A DNA stretch of 62,910 nt, filler included. It is 5 parts of 5 records of this genome, joined end to end, with 100 filler letters (N's around TTAATTAATTAA, not from the genome) between each part and the next. Parts side by side here need not be neighbours in the genome. Positions count along the whole stretch, not along the records: positions 25,722 to 32,706 come from DRR723986_22310; positions 32,807 to 43,686 come from DRR723986_22362; 3 more parts are not named here. One strand, 5' to 3'. The notes under the pieces are model-generated. The model was given only the letters and a program-made list of their open reading frames with translations, was not told the DNA's origin and searched no databases. Of this stretch, positions 29,424-39,247 are shown one piece after another. The stretch's first letter is position 1. The number at the start of each line of letters is the position of its first letter. Made by a program: the position numbers and the translations under genes.

Positions 29424-31030
29424 TGAACTTTCGCCACTCAATGACCTGGTTGCATACGTGGACCGGGCTAGCCCTAAGCTGGCTGCTGTATTTCATGTTT
29501 ATTACTGGTTCAGCCGGGTATTTCGATGAGGAAATTACCCGCTGGATGCAGCCGGAAATCCCTGTTCAGCAATCCGAGTTTGATGCGGATACATTGATCC
29601 CGACAGCACAGCGGCAATTGCAGGAGTTGGCGCCAAGCGCAGATGAGTGGTTTATAGAGCTTCCTCAGGGGCGGCATCCCTATTTTAAATTGTGGTGGCA
29701 TAACCCCAGGGTAGAGGCTGAGGAAAAAACCACTGCAAATCACCCTCCCGGGTGGCATGAACTGACCCTCGACCCAAACACTGGGGCGCCTATACAGGCC
29801 AGGGAAACCGCCGGCGGCGAGTTTTTATATCGCCTGCATTACTCCCTGCACTACATGCCCAAAGAGCTTGCCTATTGGCTTACCAGTATGGCGGCAATGT
29901 TTATGCTTGTCGCACTCATCACCGGCGTGGTTATTCATCGCAGAATCTTTGTAGATTTATTCACTTTTCGTCGCGCTAAACGCCATGCCTCCTGGCTGGA
30001 TATGCACAACTTGCTGGCGGTTCTCCCTCTACCTTTCCATTTAATGATTACCTACAGCGGCCTCATTTTACTGATGTTCACCACTATGATCGCTATTCCA
30101 GTATCGAGTTACGGGCCCAATCCGGAAACACTTAAAGCTGTATACGATACGGTATTTTCAGAGCCTGAATACCAGGAAGCTAGCGGGACAGATGCGGCGA
30201 CGGTTTCGCTACTGGGTGTATATCAAGAAGAGATAGCCGCGAATGAAGGTATCGCTATCGCCCATATTGGCGTTGAGCACCCTGGTGATGTAAACGCCGT
30301 TATCGAGATTTCGAGCATCGCGGAGCGAGGGCTCGAAGGCAGGAACGAGAGTTTGTATCGGGGCCTGGATGGTTCGCCCTTTGACGCACCTGAAAATCAC
30401 AACAAGCAATCCGCTGTTGTAGCGTTTTATAAGGCGATGGAGAAATTGCACGAAGGCTTGTTTGCTTCCAGTTTCTTGCGCTGGATGTATTTTCTATCCG
30501 GGTTAATGGGGGCGGGAATGATAGCAACTGGCGCCATTTTCTGGGCGGTAAAGCGGCGTTATAGCCATAGCAAAGCGGGCCTAAATCCTCGGGGACTTGA
30601 ACTGGTAGAGGGCCTGAATATCGGGACTGTGGTGGGGTTGCCGATCGCTATTGCCGCTTACTTTTGGGCCAATAGGTTGATACCTGTCTCTCTTGAAACA
30701 AGGGGTAATTGGGAGGGGCATTGCCTGTTTTTAGTCTGGCTTGCCATGCTGATACATCCGTTTGTCAGGCGAGGAAAAATCACCACAAGAGAAGCTTGGC
30801 TTGAACAACTTAACCTGGCTGCAGCTATTTATATGCTGATCCCCGTCGTTAATATTGCCACGTCAGACCACCATGTATTGGTCGCGCTGAAACATGGAGA
30901 TTGGATTTTAGTGGGGTTTGATTTAGCTATGGTCGGTATTGCTCTCGGGTTTGCTTCTGCTTCGATGATAATGAGCAGAAAGCACCGTGAAGCGATAACG
31001 TTAACGGCGGGAAGTAGGGCGGGGGTATGA
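29423..31030 (+). CDS. PepSY-associated TM helix protein (FoxB/PiuB-like, putative ferrisiderophore reductase); start re-called at 29423
   Basis: WLHTWTGL, FLYRLHYSLH, WLDMHN, LPFHLMITYSG, LHEG conserved His helices. Confidence 0.88.
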   Translation: MNFRHSMTWLHTWTGLALSWLLYFMFITGSAGYFDEEITRWMQPEIPVQQSEFDADTLIPTAQRQLQELAPSADEWFIELPQGRHPYFKLWWHNPRVEAEEKTTANHPPGWHELTLDPNTGAPIQARETAGGEFLYRLHYSLHYMPKELAYWLTSMAAMFMLVALITGVVIHRRIFVDLFTFRRAKRHASWLDMHNLLAVLPLPFHLMITYSGLILLMFTTMIAIPVSSYGPNPETLKAVYDTVFSEPEYQEASGTDAATVSLLGVYQEEIAANEGIAIAHIGVEHPGDVNAVIEISSIAERGLEGRNESLYRGLDGSPFDAPENHNKQSAVVAFYKAMEKLHEGLFASSFLRWMYFLSGLMGAGMIATGAIFWAVKRRYSHSKAGLNPRGLELVEGLNIGTVVGLPIAIAAYFWANRLIPVSLETRGNWEGHCLFLVWLAMLIHPFVRRGKITTREAWLEQLNLAAAIYMLIPVVNIATSDHHVLVALKHGDWILVGFDLAMVGIALGFASASMIMSRKHREAITLTAGSRAGV

Positions 31031-31362
31031 CTTTCCTTGCCAGTTTATTCTGCCTGCTTGGAGTGATCGTTTTAAGCCTTTCGAAAAAACGGCTGCGTAA
31101 AGATGGTTTACCACGGTATAAGGCGCTCACCTTGGCTGAGGTGCGCAGCCTCATCGTTATTGGTCTAAGCCTGCTGTTAACGTCGCTGGTAATTTTCATA
31201 CGGACTAAAGGGCTTGGCTTGGGGCTGACGTATGCTTTTGGCTGGTTCGCAATGTCAGGTCTGTCACTTACCGTTTTGCTGAGTTATGTGCCACGTGTGT
31301 GCCTTTGGCTTCTTAGTGGGACGCTGCTTTTATTGCCCGTGAGCATTGTTTTTGTCACCTGA
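31027..31362 (+). CDS. DUF3325-like small membrane protein
   Basis: Hydrophobic 111 aa; ATGA overlap with the PepSY gene; usual third gene of this triad. Confidence 0.7.
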   Translation: MTFLASLFCLLGVIVLSLSKKRLRKDGLPRYKALTLAEVRSLIVIGLSLLLTSLVIFIRTKGLGLGLTYAFGWFAMSGLSLTVLLSYVPRVCLWLLSGTLLLLPVSIVFVT

Positions 31363-31624
31363 TTGGGCGTCACTGGTTTTCCCTATCGCTAAGCGGTTGT
31401 ATATGCGCTATGCAGGTAACGCCGAATAATACGGTCGAGGGGATTACCGTCGCGCATGACACCCCCCCGATCTTTCTATTTGTTTAAGCTGAAGCAGTTG
31501 CGCTGGATGCGTGCTTGCTTTGACCGGCTAAATACCTGTCGCTGGCGTGGGCCGATCTCGCAGACTCCCCGGCTGAGAGGGCGCTTATATGTCAATAGCC
31601 GGTTTTAGCGGGTATAATTTGGCC

Positions 31625-31724
31625 ACTCATCTAGGGTGTGGAAGATACCACAGTCGCGAATGGTTCCATGCTCTCTCGCCAAGGCGAGTCGTAAAGGGTT
31701 TAAGCCGAGCTTGAACCCTTTTTT
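31625..31724 (+). ncRNA. Candidate ~100-nt sRNA or prfC leader (unassigned)
   Basis: TATAAT at 31613-31618; hairpins gtgg-aagata-ccac and ctcgcc-aa-ggcgag; terminator at the end. Confidence 0.3.
31693..31724 (+). terminator. Rho-independent terminator-like hairpin upstream of prfC
   Basis: aaagggtttaagc-cga-gcttgaacccttt plus T run. Confidence 0.7.
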
Positions 31725-31785
31725 GATGGGGCGGTAACCGTCCGCCCCGCCCCAGACTTCTGTATAAAAATTTCGGACCGAGCCC

Positions 31786-32706
31786 ATGTCAGAGCAGTCG
31801 CTAGATCAGCAAATCGCCAAGCGTCGCACCTTTGCGATTATTTCCCACCCCGATGCCGGTAAAACCACCATCACTGAGAAGTTGATTCTGCTCGGCCAAC
31901 TGATCCAGGTCGCCGGTACGGTTAAAGGTAAAAAGAACGACAAATCGGCCACCTCTGACTGGATGAGCTTGGAAAAGGAGCGCGGCATTTCGGTAACTTC
32001 ATCAGTGATGCAGTTCCCTTATCGGGACCGCATCGTCAATCTGCTGGACACCCCGGGGCACGAGGATTTCTCAGAGGATACCTACCGCACGCTGACCGCG
32101 GTGGATTCCGCGCTGATGGTGATCGATGGTGCCAAGGGTGTCGAGGACCGCACCATTAAGTTGATGAACGTGTGCCGCCTGCGAGACACGCCCATCCTCA
32201 GCTTTGTTAACAAGATGGACCGCGATATTCGCGACCCAATAGAGCTGCTCGATGAAATCGAAAGCGTGCTGGGGATCGAGGCTGCGCCGATCAACTGGCC
32301 CATCGGCATGGGAAGTGAGTTCAAGGGGGTATACAACCTCTACACCGATACCATCCATGTTTTTCAGCCTGGCAAGGGCAGTGTTATTGCTGAAGATATT
32401 CGTATTGACGGGCTCGAGAGCGACGCCGCGCGAGAACTGTTGGGCGATGAGTATGAGGATTACCTCGACGAAATCGAGCTGGTGCGCGGCGCCAGCCACG
32501 AGTTTGACCACGACGCCTATCTGGCGGGTAAGTTGACGCCGGTGTATTTCGGTACCGCGCTGTCGAATTTTGGTGTGCGGGAAATGCTGGACGGCTTTGT
32601 GGAGTGGGCGCCTGAGCCTTTGAATCGCAAGACCGACCAGCGCGAAGTAGATGCCGGTGAAAAGGACTTTAGTGGCTTTGTTTTTAAAATTCAGGCCAAT
32701 ATGGAC
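31786..32706 (+). CDS. prfC: Peptide chain release factor 3 (3'-truncated)
   Basis: [44 protein letters not shown]. Confidence 0.97.
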
Positions 32707-32806
32707 NNNNNNNNNNNNNNNNNNNNNNNNNNNNNNNNNNNNNNNNNNNNTTAATTAATTAANNNNNNNNNNNNNNNNNNNNNNNNNNNNNNNNNNNNNN
32801 NNNNNN
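32707..32806. other. Artificial contig linker
   Basis: N44-ttaattaattaa-N44. Confidence 0.98.
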
Positions 32807-32930
32807 CAAGCCCCTGCAAAAACGGGGGGATTACACCGTCCAAGACGCAGCAAAAGTCGGCTTTCCGCCCTTAGTGGGCGTTCGCCAGTGGCTCTCTTTC
32901 GGGTTGTCCTGGTACCTCACCCTTTCGTCT

Positions 32931-33156
32931 TTACCGTCCCAGCTGCCTCCTGCGCCTTCCAAGTAAGGCAAGCCGCTCGTGCGCCGACATGGCCTCGAAC
33001 TCCGCGCGGATGCACATCTCGGCGTCTTCACGGTGCCACAGCAGGATTGTGATCCCGTACCACCGGGCGCGGTGCAGCGGGTAGTGCTCGTGCATCTCGA
33101 ACTCGATCTCCCCGGTGACATCGCCGAGGCTTTCCCAGAGACCCTCTCGCCGCCAT
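32931..33156 (-). pseudogene. Probable frameshifted small hypothetical gene
   Basis: Open frame 32931-33161 with GC3-biased codons (GLWESLGDVTGEIEFEMHEHYPLHRARWYGITILLWH...); the SD-preceded ATG at 33156 is out of frame. Confidence 0.35.
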
Positions 33157-33289
33157 ATCGATCAATTCCCTCCCTGCGCGCCGAGATAGTCCTGATGCGC
33201 CCACCTCGACATGCGTTTCTGCATGACCGGTCCTCGACCGATCTCCTGCTCATCGAGCAGCAGGAGAGCGGCCGAGGGCCTCTACACGT

Positions 33290-34528
33290 CAGCAAATCGA
33301 CAAGTACCGCGTCGTGCTTCGCATGCGCGGCATGTTTCCGAAGGATTTGGCCGGATACGAATCCCACCGCCTGCGGAAGGGCGGTGATATCGGCCACGTC
33401 GACAAAGCCCGTAGCCATCTCAACCAAACCTTCATCGGCAACGAGACCTGGGCCGCCGAAGCGATGGAGAAGATCGAGGAAATCCGCCTCGAGAACTTCC
33501 TCGACGAGGTCACGGCGCTGCGCAATCGGAAGCGCAAAAAGGATGCCGAGCGGCGTCTGGCGGAGGGTCCGAAAGACCCGTGGCGGGCGACACGCCACGG
33601 CCCGCTGCGCGAGATCATCCTGACGGCGAATCGCGCAAGGAGTTCAAGGGCGACATCATCCATGCGCGTCGACCGCGACGAGATGGCGTTCCATGTTCAC
33701 GCCGTGCTGCTGCCGGTCGAGCGGGTCGAGATGACCCGCACGGACAAGAAGACCGGCGAGAAGAAGGTCATCGCGGTGCGGCACATGTTGCAGCCCTCGA
33801 AGCACGATCTGGTGAAGGACTAGGAGAAGGCGCAAGACGGTGCGGGGGCGGCGTTCAGCGTGGTGAACCTGCAGCGCGGCGAACGGCGTGCCGCCGCGAT
33901 CCGTCAGGCGCGTGCGGCAGGCCAGCCGCTTCCGAAGCGCCGCTATCATGCCCGCACGTCGGAGTGGCGTGCCGAGCAGGAACTGAAGCTGGAAGCGCGT
34001 CATGCCGACCTGAACGGACGCGAAGAAGCGCTCGATCGGCGGGATGGCTGGCTGGAGGCCCGGGATGCCGAGCTGACCGCGCGCGAAGCCGAAATCGATA
34101 CCATCGATGCCGCGATCGAAGGCGTGGAGAGCGGCACCCTGACGCTCGACGACAGCGGCGATGTGCCCCGCCTGACATCCGCGGCTCCTGCCGGGAAAAC
34201 GACGCCTGAAACGACACGGCTGATGCAGCGTCTGGGGGCTTCCCCGAAGGCGCGGCAACGCGCCACGTCGCTTGTCGGCCGCCTCTTCGGCGCCCTGAAG
34301 CGCCGTGCCCGGGCGGAGGCGGAACAAGCTCTGAGCCGCGACATCGCCGAGATCGGCAAGGCGCGAGACCTACTGCAGGGCATCGTATCGCGCTTGTCCG
34401 GGGACGTCGCCACCTCTGGAAAGACCGCGCTGAGGGGCCTCACGCGCAGCCTGATGGACCTCCGTCGCCATGCCACCTCAGGCCACACTTCGGGCGCCGC
34501 CGAAGCAAATGCTCCGGACCGCAAGTAA
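33290..34528 (+). pseudogene. Decayed MOB_V / Pre plasmid recombination-mobilisation relaxase
   Basis: YESHRLR, SHLN, LREIILTAN, VDRDEMAFHVHAV (HxDExxxHxH-like), LQRGE, coiled-coil tail; apparent deletion/frameshifts near 33635-33665; in-frame TAG at 33821-33823. Confidence 0.75.
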
Positions 34529-34613
34529 ATTCTTTCCGCCCGAAATCGGTCGTTTCCATTTCCTCTTCGTGACCGCCGTCACGCACACCCTCACGCTCAC
34601 AAAGGAGAACCCA

Positions 34614-34912
34614 ATGAGCAAGAAGACCGACCGCCTGCTCGAGGCCCTTCGGGCCTCGGCCCGTCAGGATGGCGAGAAGGACGCCGAGACCGCGCCAAGA
34701 TCCGCGCGGCGATGGTGAAAGCGCTGGAAAAGCTGATGGGCCAGATGCCCGAGGCGCGTGTCGCAGAGCTGTTCGCCGACATCGAAGACGCGGCCCCGGC
34801 GAGCGCGGCAAAGCTTATTCGCCGTCACGATCTCCGCCCCGAAGCTACCGACGGAATGCTCGCCGAGCGCCTCAATGCCAAGTCGCTGCTGCAGACGTCC
34901 ACAGTGGAGTAA
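34614..34912 (+). pseudogene. Frameshifted small hypothetical gene downstream of the relaxase
   Basis: Strong SD (aaaggag) and ATG 34614 (MSKKTDRLLEAL...); adding one C near 34690 joins it to AKIRAAMVKALEKL... ending at 34912. Confidence 0.6.
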
Positions 34913-35254
34913 TCCTGGGCCGTCTGCCTCAGCCATACCGCGAAGTTCACCCGGCGCCTTGAAACGGGCGCCGGGCAAAGCTACTCGCAGGTACCCCGAC
35001 ATTATGAAATCATGGTCTCGACCCCTCATAACGATGCTTCGAAGGCCTTGTGTCGCGGCGTTCTCGACCAGTACTCTCTTTGTTGCGATGCAGGCGCAAT
35101 TAACAGCGCAAACAACGGCGAAGCAGCGCCCCCTCCCCCCTTCGATCAACCGCCGCCCGCAGCGGTTTCGCGCCCCCGCCCCTTTTCCCTGCCGACAGGC
35201 CTGCTATGGCAGATCGCGGGCCCGCTCCGGGACCGCCGACACCGAGCCAGAGAC

Positions 35255-36190
35255 ATGACCGCAGCCATCCTCCTTGCCCTTGCGCCCATCGTCCTGATCA
35301 TCGCGCTCGGCCATCTGCTGAGGCGTCGCGGGTTCCTTGCCGAAGCCTTCTGGCCTCAGGCGGAGCGGTTGAGCTACTACATCCTGCTGCCCTGCCTCTT
35401 CTTCAACAGCCTCGCGACGGCGGATCTGGGCAGCATCCCGGTCGGGCGGCTGGCCGGGACGCTGATCCTTGCAACGGTGACGGTGGCGGGCCTCGTGCTG
35501 CTGCTGCGTCCGGCGCTGAGGGTCGACGGCCCGGCCTTCACCTCGGTCTTTCAGGCCAGCATCCGCTTCAACAACTACGTCGGCGTGACACTGGTCACGG
35601 GGCTCTTCGGGCCGACCGGGCTGGCGCTGGCGGCGCTCGCCAACGCGTCCTTGGTGCCCACGGTCAACATCCTCAGCGTGCTGGTCTTCTCGCGCTTCGC
35701 CACGGCCCGGCTGGGGCCGCGGCAGGTGGCGGTGCAGCTGGCCAGCAACCCGCTGCTGCTGTCGTCGCTGGCGGGGATCTGCTTTCAGCTTCTGGATCTG
35801 CCCATTCCCCCGGGGGTGGAACCGGCGCTGCGCACGCTGGGTGCCGCCTCGCTGCCGCTTGGCCTTCTGTGCGTGGGCGCGGCGCTGGACTTCGGCGCGG
35901 CGGGGACATGGATCCGGCCGATCGTGGCCTCGTCGCTGGTCAAGTTCGCGGTCCTCCCGGCAGTCACGCTGGCAGTGGCGCTGCTGCTGGGGCTGGAGGG
36001 GCGGGCCCTGACCACGGTCCTGCTGTTTCAGGCACTGCCCACGGCCTCTTCTGCCTATATCCTTGCGCGGCAGCTGGGCGGGGACGCGCCCCTCATGGCG
36101 GGGATCACCGCGGCGCAGACGGTCCTCGCGCTGATCGCCTTGCCGCTGGCGATGGCACTCATGGCGCTGCTGGTGGGCGTGGGTCTTTAG
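35255..36190 (+). CDS. AEC family transporter (start re-called at 35255)
   Basis: FWPQAERLSYYILLPCLFF, FTSVFQASIRFNNYVG, LPTASSAYILARQLGGD. Confidence 0.9.
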   Translation: MTAAILLALAPIVLIIALGHLLRRRGFLAEAFWPQAERLSYYILLPCLFFNSLATADLGSIPVGRLAGTLILATVTVAGLVLLLRPALRVDGPAFTSVFQASIRFNNYVGVTLVTGLFGPTGLALAALANASLVPTVNILSVLVFSRFATARLGPRQVAVQLASNPLLLSSLAGICFQLLDLPIPPGVEPALRTLGAASLPLGLLCVGAALDFGAAGTWIRPIVASSLVKFAVLPAVTLAVALLLGLEGRALTTVLLFQALPTASSAYILARQLGGDAPLMAGITAAQTVLALIALPLAMALMALLVGVGL

Positions 36191-36325
36191 CGTTCCGCGC
36201 GCAGGCCGACTTGGGACAACCCTCGGCCTGCGCGGGCGCGAGCGGGAGGAGCCTTGCTTCGGCCGATGCTCCCCCCGCGCGCGGGCCTCGGACGGGACCC
36301 CGAGGGCCTTCACGGGCAGGATGCC

Positions 36326-37657
36326 CTACTTCGGCTCCTCCGTCCGCCCGGGCCAGCGCGGGTGCAGGTCGTCGATCACGAAGGCATGGCAATGAAGCGG
36401 CCCATCGCCGAGGTGCGGATGGTCGGCGGGCAAATCGCCGTGGCTGTGGGTCAGCCTCACCGGGTCCGCGGCGGGCCAGAGCCTCAGCGCCAGCAGGCCC
36501 CCGGTCCCCGCCAGTCCGGCCAGCACCAGAAGCGCGGGCACCGCGCCGAAGGCCGTCATCAGCCAGCCCGCCAGCGGATAGCAGAGCAGCCAGCAGGCAT
36601 GGCTGAGCGCGAAGTGCGCCGCGAAGAGCGCCGGTCGGTCCTCGGACCGGGACGAGCGCCGCAAGAGCCGCCCCGAAGGCGTCTGCACCGTCGCATAGCC
36701 CAGCCCCACCACCAGCCAAGCCGTCAGAAGCGCAGGCCAGCCCCAGCCCCCTACAAGGATCGCCAGCGCCAGCCCGAGGAGCCCGGCGACCATGACCCCC
36801 GCCCCCGTCAGCATCACCGGGCGGTCGGCCAGCCGGTCCAGCAGCCGCGGCAGCACCATGGCCGCCGCCATGGACCCCGCCCCGAAGGCGAAGAGCGTCC
36901 AGGCCAGCGCGCTGTCCGGCAGTCCCAGCTCCTCGCGCACCAGCACCACGGTGTTGACCAGAACCATGGCGCCCCCGGCGGAGACCGCAAGGCTGAGCGC
37001 CAGAAGCCCGCGCAGCCGGGGCGTCCCGAGGTAGATGCGGATGCCCCGCGTGCTGCGCCGAAAGACGCCGCGCGGCGCGGCGGGCCGGGGCTTCGGCAGC
37101 GCGACCGACAGCACCAGCGCCGCCGATCCGGCAAACCCAAGCGCCGTGCCCAGAAAGAGCACGTCGAATCCCACAACCATCAGAAGCAGCCCCGCCAGCA
37201 TCGGCGATGCAATGTTCTCCAGATCATAGGCCAGACGCGACAGGGACAGGGCCCGCGTGTAGCGCGCCTCGTCCGGCAGCACCTCGGGGATCGTGGCCTG
37301 AAACATCGGCGTGAACCCCGCCGAGGCCACCTGAAGCGCGAAGATCAGCCCGTAGACCTGCCAGACCTCGGTGACGAAGGGCAGGCACAGCGCCACCCCG
37401 GCCCGGACCAGATCCAGCGCCACCAGCACCGGGCGACGGTCCAGCCGCTCGGCCAGGGCGGCGGCGACGGGGGCGATGCAGACATAGGCCACCATCTTGA
37501 TGGCGAAGGCCGTGCCCAGCACCATGGCCGCCCCCTCGCCCGCAAGCTCCCATGCCAGCAGCCCCAGCGCGACGGTGGCAAGCCCGGTGCCCAGAAGGGC
37601 CACGACCTGCGCGGCGAAGAGGGTGCGGTAGCTGCGGTCCCTCAGGATGCCGAACAT
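36326..37657 (-). CDS. MFS transporter, NreB-like, with His-rich C-terminal tail
   Basis: LFAAQVVALLGTGL, FQATIPEVLPDE, FAAHFALSHACWL, HSHGDLPADHPHL...HCHAFVIDDLHPRWP. Confidence 0.85.
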   Translation of the reverse strand: MFGILRDRSYRTLFAAQVVALLGTGLATVALGLLAWELAGEGAAMVLGTAFAIKMVAYVCIAPVAAALAERLDRRPVLVALDLVRAGVALCLPFVTEVWQVYGLIFALQVASAGFTPMFQATIPEVLPDEARYTRALSLSRLAYDLENIASPMLAGLLLMVVGFDVLFLGTALGFAGSAALVLSVALPKPRPAAPRGVFRRSTRGIRIYLGTPRLRGLLALSLAVSAGGAMVLVNTVVLVREELGLPDSALAWTLFAFGAGSMAAAMVLPRLLDRLADRPVMLTGAGVMVAGLLGLALAILVGGWGWPALLTAWLVVGLGYATVQTPSGRLLRRSSRSEDRPALFAAHFALSHACWLLCYPLAGWLMTAFGAVPALLVLAGLAGTGGLLALRLWPAADPVRLTHSHGDLPADHPHLGDGPLHCHAFVIDDLHPRWPGRTEEPK

Positions 37658-37678
37658 CGCCCCCTCCTGCGCCCTGCG

Positions 37679-38977
37679 TCAGGCCGCGGTCACGCGCCAG
37701 ATCGCGTCGCCCACATCGTCGGCCACCAGAAGCGACCTGCCGTCCGGCCCGAGGGTCACACCCACCGGGCGCCCATAGGCCAGCTTTTCGTCATCCGACA
37801 GGAAGCCCGTCAGGATATCGCGCGCCGGACCCGAGGGCTTGCCGCCCTCGAAGGGCACGAAGATCACCCGATACCCGCTGAGGGTGGAGCGGTTCCACGA
37901 CCCGTGCTGGCCGATCACCATGCCGGGGCCGAAGCCCGGCAGCACGCCCTCCGGCAGCCAGCACAGACCCAGCGAGGCGGTGTGTCCGCCAAGCGCATAG
38001 TCGGGCTGGATCGCGCTGGCGACCTTGGCGGCATCCTGCGGCACGCGGTCGTCCACCACCTTGCCCCAGTAGCAATAGGGCCAGCCGTAGAAGCCGCCGT
38101 CCTGCACCGAGGTCAGGTAGTCCGGCGGCGTCTCGTCTCCCAGCCCGTCGCGCTCGTTGACCACGGTCCAGAGCGCGCCGGTCTCCGGCTCCCACGCCAT
38201 GCCGACGGCGTTGCGCAACCCGCCCGCAAAGATCCGCGCCGCGCCGGTGGCCACGTCGACCTCCCAGATCGCGGCCCGGCCTTCTTCGGCCTCCATGCCG
38301 GCGTCGCCGATGTTCGACAGAGAGCCCACGCCCACGTAGATCTTGGACTGGTCGGGCGAGACCAGCAGGCTGCGCGTCCAGTGGCCGTGCGGCTTGAAGT
38401 CGACGATCTGCTCGCCCGGCCCGGCCAGAGGCTGCCCGGGCACGTAGTCGAAGACCTTCAGCCCGTCGGTGTTGCCAAGGTAGAAGCGGTCGCCCACCAG
38501 CGCCATGCCGAAGGGCTGCCGCTGGTTCTCGACGAAGATCTCGCGGTGCTCGGCCACGCCGTCGCCATCCGCGTCGCGCCAGAGCGTCACGCGGTTGGCG
38601 CTGTCGCCGATGGCCTTGATGCGCCGCATGGTGGCCTGCGCCGCGTGGTCCATCAGGCGCTTGGGCTCGGGCGGCTGCTCCTTCGATTCGGCGACGAGGA
38701 CGTCCCCGTTCGGCAGGACCTCGATCCAGCGCGGATGATCCAGCCCCTCGGCGAAGGCATTGACCTTCAGCCCCGGCGCGCAGATCGGCAGGCGGCCATC
38801 CTTGAAGCCCTCGGCGGCGGGCATCTTCAGCGTCATGATGCCCTGTGCCTTGGCATCGGGAATTTGCGGCGTCGTGCCGAAGGCCTGCGTCTTCGGCGCG
38901 GCGGCCCGGCGCGAGGCTGCGACGATCCCGCCCACAAGGGCGGTCGCTCTGGCGATCAGGTCCATGGTCTCTCCCAT
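37679..38977 (-). CDS. Sorbosone dehydrogenase-like / PQQ-dependent sugar dehydrogenase (GSDH propeller)
   Basis: GLDHPRW, HWTR, VGVGSLSN, GLRNAVG, VNERDGLGD, GQHGSWNR, GRPVG. Confidence 0.88.
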   Translation of the reverse strand: MGETMDLIARATALVGGIVAASRRAAAPKTQAFGTTPQIPDAKAQGIMTLKMPAAEGFKDGRLPICAPGLKVNAFAEGLDHPRWIEVLPNGDVLVAESKEQPPEPKRLMDHAAQATMRRIKAIGDSANRVTLWRDADGDGVAEHREIFVENQRQPFGMALVGDRFYLGNTDGLKVFDYVPGQPLAGPGEQIVDFKPHGHWTRSLLVSPDQSKIYVGVGSLSNIGDAGMEAEEGRAAIWEVDVATGAARIFAGGLRNAVGMAWEPETGALWTVVNERDGLGDETPPDYLTSVQDGGFYGWPYCYWGKVVDDRVPQDAAKVASAIQPDYALGGHTASLGLCWLPEGVLPGFGPGMVIGQHGSWNRSTLSGYRVIFVPFEGGKPSGPARDILTGFLSDDEKLAYGRPVGVTLGPDGRSLLVADDVGDAIWRVTAA

Positions 38978-39247
38978 ATCGTGTTTGCGCTACCCTATCG
39001 CAGGACGACGGGTCGCGACAGGGGCCTCGGGGGCGCGCGCGGTCGCCCGGGGCCCCCGCCTTCGGCGCTGACGCCCGATAAACCTGCCGCGAGGTGATGC
39101 AGCGGGCATTGCGCGGCCCCGGTCTTGCTGCCATCGTCTGGCGGAACAGGCCGCGCCGAGGGGCGCCGCCGCACGATGGCCCGCGCGCGTGTCGATGCGC
39201 CGCGCATTCCGCGCGACCCGGGACCGTCGCCCTGAAACGGAACGATC

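Noticed and set aside
34985-35035. ccgacattatgaaat as a dif site or tRNA-Met att remnant
   Set aside because: Only a XerD-like half matches and there is no T-arm; too short to support
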